A stretch of 52,549 nucleotides of DNA, taken from a virus (Duplodnaviria; Caudoviricetes). Shown one piece after another: positions 47,601 through 52,549 of the stretch. The notes beneath the pieces are model-generated. The model was not told where the DNA came from. It did not search any database and saw only the letters and a list, made by a program, of their open reading frames with translations. The first letter of the stretch is position 1, and the number at the start of each line of letters is the position of its first letter. The stretch lies in IMG/VR virus record IMGVR_UViG_3300033153_009271, positions 1-52,549 of that record; one strand, 5' to 3'. The position numbers and the translations under genes are program-made.

Positions 47601-48413
47601 TGCAGAGCATTATTTTTCAAACTTGCAACTGGCGCGCCAACAATTACTTGGACGGAGGCAACTCCTGTAAATCTTTATTTTATGTCAAGCGACACTGTTT
47701 TAGATGTTGACGCGACTTTTGATTCCTCAGCGGCGGGTGCCGCGCAGGTTACCCTTGCAGGAGCTAGGAGTAAGGTAGATGTAGACTGTACTTTTACAGA
47801 TACAGGAGGGAACACACCTGCGAGTACACTTACTACTTATGGCTCTTGGATACAGTTGTTTAGTACTCCAACATTAACAAGTGGTTCTCTTACTGTTGAA
47901 AATAGAGGTCTCAATATTGATATTGCAGGTAATAGTGCAGGGAATTCTACTAATTATGGAATCTATTTTTACAGAGTCCGCAGTGCAGATATCAACTGGG
48001 GGATCTATGACGCAGAGGGATTAGACCACTATTTCGATGGAAAGATAGTTCTGGCGCAGACCGATAAGAACGAGTTCATAGCCAGCCTGAATGACGGCTA
48101 TATAGATATAGGAGCAACCACCGCCATACGGCTGCTTCAAGATACAAACATCACTGGCAATTTATTCTTATCAGAAAATTACTCGGTACAATTCAGGGAT
48201 GCACTGCTCTATGTGAACTCTGATGCTGATGGGTATTTGGATTTACATGCGGATACAGCTGTTAGGATAAATACAGGGCTTATCATTCCGAGTGGGACAA
48301 CACCTACTCCTGCTGTAGAAGGAGCACTCTACTTAGATACAGATGCTGGAACCAATGGAACATTAGTTTGCTATAGTAATGGTGCATGGAGAACTGTTCA
48401 GGCATTATTCTAA
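44700..48413 (+). CDS. Tail fibre / receptor-binding protein
   Basis: 1237 aa, G/T/S-rich mosaic; IDHDQL.NF..NEHIDW, YILADGSRPMTANW and terminal GALY.DT...Y.NGAW motifs. Confidence 0.8.
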   Translation: MGHFTPEYTDEEAQDSIGGILDDGTIGNIVFTYDDAGNTISAVTQDGEIDHDQLMNFVANEHIDWTNTSSDISTTGTGSSFGGITDTSITNHHVVFSKSGVLSGEARMTYDDDTDILEVWIVKTTALGVSGWTTNSIPFMAATDYFTEDTDFNFVSATDTLYVPNIINTMAADDTYAIYIDGVTNANTVAGTTYGIHTELENSSASGTHIGHKIGLDLLTTAGASTIGYGIWSDVSREATGSYSNTTGIGKMVAVIGNVTSNPVAYENTGAVNRTIVNDGVTGAVTVGGVMTQSGAGTIKQLARGGVFTAVGLASGDVISDTIGLRTSAQGSAAGTSTTYGVYAEASGADTNYTFYNASVAVDYAFYSLGGDVELTGGNLTTTGLGTFADVDLTDMKYSTPTYTSLHDWASITQSSGLISGGVISDATGGNINVTAGCGIAKTGAAEIDPAVFVDFDARNGIAIASGTKHTVYVDYDASPQVAVTTTPSVDIDHTTKFSIGSVFYDGTTMHILNEAGMRIYNLARRVHHRAKQLRRFERASGLVISDKGTRHFAITSGVIYAGLNSISITGVDTTTPTDYISWYYDADAGPAAWVTDTTNTQLDNVYYNDPETGAGDALLALGTNRYGVHWIYMDVDNHCNVIYGQGSYTLTQAQNSTPPAFIPPLLDQFAILIARVIVQEGEAEIIELSTAFDKLFAVSTPTQHDELGTLAWTSAGHTGTVSTLAGFDGAGAATNYTEANYILADGSRPMTANWNVGNFNLTTAGDITGDKVNINGLVGEIGGIVFIGSANGELQADNEALKWDNNNYKLIRGTLELTSGEITDTSGAISFGDENLSTTGAGTFGGGANAVQLTVTGNASQTADLVYVENSASDPLLVVTSTGQLGVGASPTANYRAHIVMASTDTTGLYVDGYTNGFTTSATDTKTMNVLSKIDLGAGGIIANHTAFQGTLAFTNDSIEVPVYKTCRALFFKLATGAPTITWTEATPVNLYFMSSDTVLDVDATFDSSAAGAAQVTLAGARSKVDVDCTFTDTGGNTPASTLTTYGSWIQLFSTPTLTSGSLTVENRGLNIDIAGNSAGNSTNYGIYFYRVRSADINWGIYDAEGLDHYFDGKIVLAQTDKNEFIASLNDGYIDIGATTAIRLLQDTNITGNLFLSENYSVQFRDALLYVNSDADGYLDLHADTAVRINTGLIIPSGTTPTPAVEGALYLDTDAGTNGTLVCYSNGAWRTVQALF

Positions 48414-48491
48414 TCATTTTCCAGCCAATAGAAGATAATACCCGCCAGAGACTTGCATTACTCTTAATAATAATTATATAATCTAAATACT

Positions 48492-48860
48492 ATGAATAAG
48501 AAAATTGATATTTCTCAACCAATGAACACCTTAGAAGGCGTCCAAATGAATATGATAATTGATGGTACAAATGACACGAAAGCTATCACACTGAAAGACA
48601 TTCTTATGAGGTATATCGTGAATGCTAATTCAATGAATATTACAGATAGTGATAGAGAACCATTGTATTCTGCTGGTATCGCATTGGCCACCGCGACAAA
48701 AGAGCTGATCTTAGATCCTGCACAATACAATGTTATTAAAAAACTATGTGATCACGGGAAGGTCAGTATACAAGATAAGGAAATAAATCTATGGAACTTC
48801 ATTGCAACTGAGCAAGCACGACAAATGGTAGATGAAGCTGAAAATGTTAAGGAGAAATAA
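48492..48860 (+). CDS. Hypothetical protein, possible fibre chaperone
   Basis: Follows the fibre gene; own TTGCAT-18-TATAAT promoter. Confidence 0.6.
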   Translation: MNKKIDISQPMNTLEGVQMNMIIDGTNDTKAITLKDILMRYIVNANSMNITDSDREPLYSAGIALATATKELILDPAQYNVIKKLCDHGKVSIQDKEINLWNFIATEQARQMVDEAENVKEK

Positions 48861-48871
48861 CCATCACTCTT

Positions 48872-49423
48872 ATGTCCAAAAAGCGACAGATCATCTTACA
48901 CCACACAGCGATTAAGCAGTCGGAATTTGGTAGACAATTTGACATTATAAATGCTGTACATAAAAGGAGATGGAACTTCCGCAGTTCGCTCGGGTACTAT
49001 GGCGGATATCATTACTTCATCGAGAAGAGTGGAGAACTAAAGCGGTATAGAGTTGAGTCGGAGCGAGCTGCCCATTGTGTTGTGCCAGGATTTGATTATA
49101 ATAATACTTCAATAGGAATTTGCCTTGCTGGCAATCTGGTTTTGGAGAAGCCTACAAGAGAACAAATAGAGACAATGACAAGCTTAGTCCTTGATGTGCA
49201 ACGTAGATATGGGATACCGAGTACAAAGGTCTACCATCACTGGGATCTAAAAGCCACGCAGTGTCCTGGTGTTGACCTGAGAGCGTTGATAGAGGAGCAA
49301 CAGATAAAAGACCTTAAGAGTAGGCTGGGACGCGCACAAGCCTATTTACCACGCGCTAAGGGGGCACGTAAGAGGAGAGTACAGAGACTCATTCGTCGCA
49401 TTCTCTCTATCATTGGAGTATAA
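48872..49423 (+). CDS. Endolysin, N-acetylmuramoyl-L-alanine amidase (amidase_2)
   Basis: ILHHTA, GYHYFI, AAHC, N..SIGICLAGN, HWD..ATQCPG; basic C-terminal helix. Confidence 0.92.
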   Translation: MSKKRQIILHHTAIKQSEFGRQFDIINAVHKRRWNFRSSLGYYGGYHYFIEKSGELKRYRVESERAAHCVVPGFDYNNTSIGICLAGNLVLEKPTREQIETMTSLVLDVQRRYGIPSTKVYHHWDLKATQCPGVDLRALIEEQQIKDLKSRLGRAQAYLPRAKGARKRRVQRLIRRILSIIGV

Positions 49424-49449
49424 TTCCCAACAACTTTCCCCTTTTATCT

Positions 49450-49725
49450 ATGGATGCACTTTCACCTGAGACACTAACGCTTCTAACCGTCCTTGTGGGT
49501 GGTATCATCTCCGGTATTACACAGATATTAAAGAAATGGTCACCCATTCAATTCCATCCCATGCTTATCGTTGCCATTCTGTCAATAGCAGGAGGTATCG
49601 GTTATGCGTTCCTTGTAGAACAGGGTATTTGGGTTGCAATCTTCCAGCGTTCCACCGTCGCATTCACGGGTGCCGTAGCAATCTACGAGCTTGTGAAGAA
49701 TAGCGGCGTTCGGGATGACAATTAA
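49450..49725 (+). CDS. Holin (probable)
   Basis: 91 aa with 2-3 TM segments, next to the endolysin. Confidence 0.7.
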   Translation: MDALSPETLTLLTVLVGGIISGITQILKKWSPIQFHPMLIVAILSIAGGIGYAFLVEQGIWVAIFQRSTVAFTGAVAIYELVKNSGVRDDN

Positions 49726-49745
49726 TTCTTTCCCTTATTTCTATC

Positions 49746-50219
49746 ATGCCCCCTAAAAAGCGCTCAGCTACTAATAAAAAGGTAGGTACAAAGAAGGCTA
49801 CTCAGAAGAGGCAAGCCGCAAGAAAACTGACGCCGAAGAAGAAGCCAATGAGAGACTATACGAAAGGTCACGTAGGTCCAAAACGGAGGAAGCCACCCAT
49901 TAAAGTTACTGTCACTCCAGAGCCTCAGCTTGCTCCTGACGTACCGAAGACATACTTCGCTACTATTAGAGAAGTAAAACAGATTCGTGCTCTTGTTAGG
50001 AATGAGGGTCCGGTTCTTGTAGACGTAGTTTCCGTCTGTGATATACCTGAGTTAGGCCTCTTTGAGGACCTCTATGTTCTACTCGTTCAGTTCTCTGGTA
50101 AGTACTACGTAGATACTGTCACTGTAAACGAGAAAATCGAACCGAGCGACAGCTGCCGCATTTCTATGCAGGGTGGGCATTCATTCCCGCACGCGGTAAA
50201 GTATGAGCAAGCTTCTTGA
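49746..50219 (+). CDS. Hypothetical protein with Lys-rich N-terminus
   Basis: ORF with C/T-rich leader. Confidence 0.7.
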   Translation: MPPKKRSATNKKVGTKKATQKRQAARKLTPKKKPMRDYTKGHVGPKRRKPPIKVTVTPEPQLAPDVPKTYFATIREVKQIRALVRNEGPVLVDVVSVCDIPELGLFEDLYVLLVQFSGKYYVDTVTVNEKIEPSDSCRISMQGGHSFPHAVKYEQAS

Positions 50220-50243
50220 CTACTCGATAATAATCTTATAGGT

Positions 50244-50534
50244 TTAATTCGCCTTTATAGGCGACGACATTAGCGTTTCGTCATTAGGGATAACCCGGCA
50301 GGAATGTCGGGTTTTTCTTCTACGTTTTCTAATCTCTGTGACGTCGATGTGGTGAGGTGGCTTTGTTACATGCCTCCTAGTTCCTATATGCCATTTGAAA
50401 CACATCTCACACTTGTAGGCATGTGCGTTCTTGAACTTCTTTCCATGTTTACCGCAGGCTCGCATCGCATGATGGGCTTTAGCTCTTGAGCTGAATGAAG
50501 ACTTCCCAGCACATCCTGTATCAGAATATTCCAT
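50244..50534 (-). CDS. Hypothetical protein (C..K..F..YKC..C..WHI type)
   Basis: CAGKSSF..AYKCEMCFKWHIG. Confidence 0.65.
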   Translation of the reverse strand: MEYSDTGCAGKSSFSSRAKAHHAMRACGKHGKKFKNAHAYKCEMCFKWHIGTRRHVTKPPHHIDVTEIRKRRRKTRHSCRVIPNDETLMSSPIKAN

Positions 50535-50682
50535 TATATTAATAGGTAACCTTACCGGAACGTCTTCGTCTCTTGTGTCGCTGTCCAATCTTCTTCACAC
50601 CCATCCTTGCCCTCTTTGTTGGGGCATTCCTTCTGCGTGCGCTGCGGTTTGGAGTACGGAAGTTTGCCATAGGAATATGATA

Positions 50683-51159
50683 CTATTTTGCATCAGTATT
50701 GTCATGAATATCTTTCTTCTTGGCAGGAAAGTCATGATATGAAATATGAATAGTCAGCATCGGGTCCACTGAGTAGAACTTCTCACAACTAACAGCAATC
50801 ACCTGAGAATCATCTTTGAAGGCAATACCATTCAGTGCATCCAAAACAATCTTCACAATATTGTCAATATCTGGTTTAGATACTTTTGGGATAACGCCTT
50901 TCTCCACGGCCTCCTTCCACCACTTAGGCTTACTCTTTGGAATAGTAAAACCAGCCTGTAGTTTGATCACAACAGCACAATCTTCCTCTGCTATAGCACC
51001 AGCTTCCTTGGCACACACTTGGATCTTATGCTCATACTCAGCAGTAGCATCTGGTGTATACGTGGAGACAAAGTTCCCCCTGCGTGCGAAGCGTGGTCTA
51101 CCTTTACCACGTGGTTCACCAGGAACTACGATGTAGAACATATCATTTGAAGGTGGCAT
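50683..51159 (-). CDS. rusA: RusA-family Holliday junction resolvase
   Basis: PRGKGRPRF..YTP..KPDIDNIVKIVLDALNGIAFKDDSQV. Confidence 0.92.
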   Translation of the reverse strand: MPPSNDMFYIVVPGEPRGKGRPRFARRGNFVSTYTPDATAEYEHKIQVCAKEAGAIAEEDCAVVIKLQAGFTIPKSKPKWWKEAVEKGVIPKVSKPDIDNIVKIVLDALNGIAFKDDSQVIAVSCEKFYSVDPMLTIHISYHDFPAKKKDIHDNTDAK

Positions 51160-51180
51160 CCTTCTCTTACCCTATAGTAG

Positions 51181-51393
51181 TTAAGAATTAAGTTCAATAA
51201 GTCTCTGCAGGAAATACTCTGCCTTTCTAAGATCTTCTACACCACCCTTGCGAGACCATCGTGAAAGGTACTTGAGTATGTTTCCCTCGTGGTATGTCAG
51301 GTTCCAGTCTTCTATGATTGTAAGCGGTTCAATCATTCGCCCCTCGGTATAGTGCGCGGGTCTTGCGATGTTGTCTGGTTTTACTTCTTTCAT
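51181..51393 (-). CDS. DUF3310-family protein
   Basis: D..RPAHY..IE..GNILKYL.R...KGGVEDLRKA. Confidence 0.88.
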   Translation of the reverse strand: MKEVKPDNIARPAHYTEGRMIEPLTIIEDWNLTYHEGNILKYLSRWSRKGGVEDLRKAEYFLQRLIELNS

Positions 51394-51574
51394 TGGTGGT
51401 ATTGAATCCGATAGAAGGTTTAGATTTCTTTGATTTGTCAGTATCCTCTTTCTTCATTAGAACTAGATATGCAGCTCCGGTAGACCGCTCCAGTATCGAT
51501 GTCTGATGAATCTGCCACCCATCGGGAACCTTAATTTGTTTACCTCTGGTGACGAGTTCGCATCGCAGCTTCAT
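51329..51574 (-). CDS. Hypothetical protein
   Basis: ORF with TATACT 7 nt upstream of the ATG. Confidence 0.55.
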   Translation of the reverse strand: MKLRCELVTRGKQIKVPDGWQIHQTSILERSTGAAYLVLMKKEDTDKSKKSKPSIGFNTTNERSKTRQHRKTRALYRGAND

Positions 51575-51591
51575 AGAGATAAGTATAGATT

Positions 51592-51774
51592 ATCCGAGGC
51601 AATAACTGCAAAGGGTAGGTGATATCGTCTCACGCACGCGACGTCGGAAGATTTAGCGACCGAACGAGCTGGGTCTTTCTCCCAGCTACAAATCAGAAGT
51701 CAGCCTTGTGAGGCTGTATTCAGGAGGCTTATGCATAAGATAAGCGAAGGAACCCTGTGCACCGGCACTCGGAT
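51592..51774 (-). ncRNA. Y RNA-like element D (long, multi-hairpin insert)
   Basis: AUCCGAG-UGCCGG-UGCACAGGGU-UCCUUCG...ACCCUUUGCA-GUUAUUGC-CUCGGAU closing helices; same motifs as element B. Confidence 0.7.
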
Positions 51775-51813
51775 TATTGGGATGTTACCACCCACCTTAT
51801 GGTGGACCTAATC

Positions 51814-51870
51814 GGTTAAACGTCTGAGAGGGCATTAAGAGGCGAAGCAACTCTTCTCTACTGGCACCTC
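51814..51870 (-). ncRNA. Y RNA-like element C (short, degenerate)
   Basis: GAGGUGCCAGUAGAGAAGAGUUGCUUCG resembles the 5' half of element B; weaker closing helix. Confidence 0.5.
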
Positions 51871-51896
51871 AATGTGGATTCCTAACCAATTGAATA

Positions 51897-51988
51897 TTGG
51901 AGGTAACAAGCGAGTAAAGGTAGGTAGGGGACTTGCACCCCTAAGTCGTTTTTCAAAGCGAAGTAACTTTACTCTAACGACACTCCAA
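51897..51988 (-). ncRNA. Y RNA (YrlA-like) element B with tRNA-like arms
   Basis: UUGGAG-UGUCGUUA-GAGUAAAG-UUACUUCG..UAGGGG-UGCAAGU-CCCCUA..CUUUACUC-GCUUGUUAC-CUCCAA; about 80 nt downstream of the Ro60 stop. Confidence 0.8.
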
Positions 51989-52023
51989 GGAGGGGGTAAC
52001 GGTGTGAAGGAACAATTTAGGAT

Positions 52024-52072
52024 CTGTGAGGCTATAACTGGGGAGGGTTCTCAATCCCTACGGCACTCACAG
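52024..52072 (-). ncRNA. Minimal Y-RNA-like helix (element A) overlapping the Ro60 stop codon
   Basis: CUGUGAG-UGCCGUA-GGGA...UCCC-CAGUUAUAGC-CUCACAG. Confidence 0.6.
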
Positions 52073-52549
52073 CTTGATCCTGCGAATCTCCTCAATAGCG
52101 CTTGAGCCATTTTCAATTGCATCGAGGACATCGAAGACTTTATCAGACCAGCCGGCGACATAGTACACGTCTGGTGCCATGATGGAAACAGGGGTATTCC
52201 CATAGCCTGCCACATCAATGATGTAGAGCTTGGCCTCTGGTGAGATATTCTTCTTGTAATCACTCCAAGCAGCCTTGAGAGCATCGGCATTTCCACCTCC
52301 CCACATGTAACTATCGCTATTCCATAGCTGAGTATCAGTGATAAGAAAGACCTTATCGAAGACATCCTTTTCCATCTCGTGGGCACGGAGCACGAGGTGT
52401 CCGTTGGTAGAATGCCCCACATTAGGAGTATTCATACTATCGCAGCTCTGTAAGATGCCGCCAGTGGGAGTGATCAAAGTCACATACTTTTCTCCGAATA
52501 CTCCAGTCATAACAGATTTACAATGGTTCCGAAGGATCATCCCGAGAAT
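52067..52549 (-). CDS. Ro60/TROVE protein, C-terminal vWA part (continuation of 1164..1)
   Basis: GHSTNG..FDKVFLITDTQLW..W..YK..PEAKLYIIDVAGYGNTP..VAGWSDKVF. Confidence 0.92.
   Translation of the reverse strand: MLGMILRNHCKSVMTGVFGEKYVTLITPTGGILQSCDSMNTPNVGHSTNGHLVLRAHEMEKDVFDKVFLITDTQLWNSDSYMWGGGNADALKAAWSDYKKNISPEAKLYIIDVAGYGNTPVSIMAPDVYYVAGWSDKVFDVLDAIENGSSAIEEIRRIKL
52436..52549. repeat. Terminal direct repeat, copy 2
   Basis: Identical to 1-114. Confidence 0.97.

Noticed and set aside
44700-48413. Diversity-generating retroelement or invertible fibre cassette
   Set aside because: No reverse transcriptase, invertase or template/variable repeat pair seen
21426-48413. Stop-codon reassignment
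   Set aside because: Long genes are intact in code 11, and TGA, TAG and TAA all end genes at sensible boundaries

Overview
The window is an apparently complete, circular (terminally redundant) dsDNA phage genome of 52,435 bp; bases 1-114 are repeated exactly at 52436-52549. It has a podovirus-like virion module: TerS, TerL, P22-like portal, scaffold, major capsid, adaptor, nozzle, ejection proteins and tail fibre, with no tape measure or sheath. It also carries a primase-helicase, LexA-like and Cro-like regulators, lysis genes and a large accessory region; no integrase was recognised. The most notable system spans the contig junction: a full-length Ro60/TROVE gene (about 510 aa; only its C-terminal fragment is in the ORF track), followed by four related structured elements that look like Y RNAs. 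One element overlaps the Ro60 stop codon and one carries tRNA-like arms. Other highlights: an intein in TerL containing an endonuclease VII gene in another reading frame; an antisense HNH gene in the late operon whose sense strand stays open; a GGCT/amidoligase/glutamine-amidotransferase module; a phosphoesterase/sortase/sulfotransferase/Fic cluster; a STAS-domain protein; two iteron-like loci; repeat-bounded small-gene cassettes; and near-absence of Shine-Dalgarno sites (C/T-rich leaders, several leaderless candidates), which suggests but does not prove a Patescibacteria-like host. All calls come from reading motifs by eye; no database search or RNA folding program was run.
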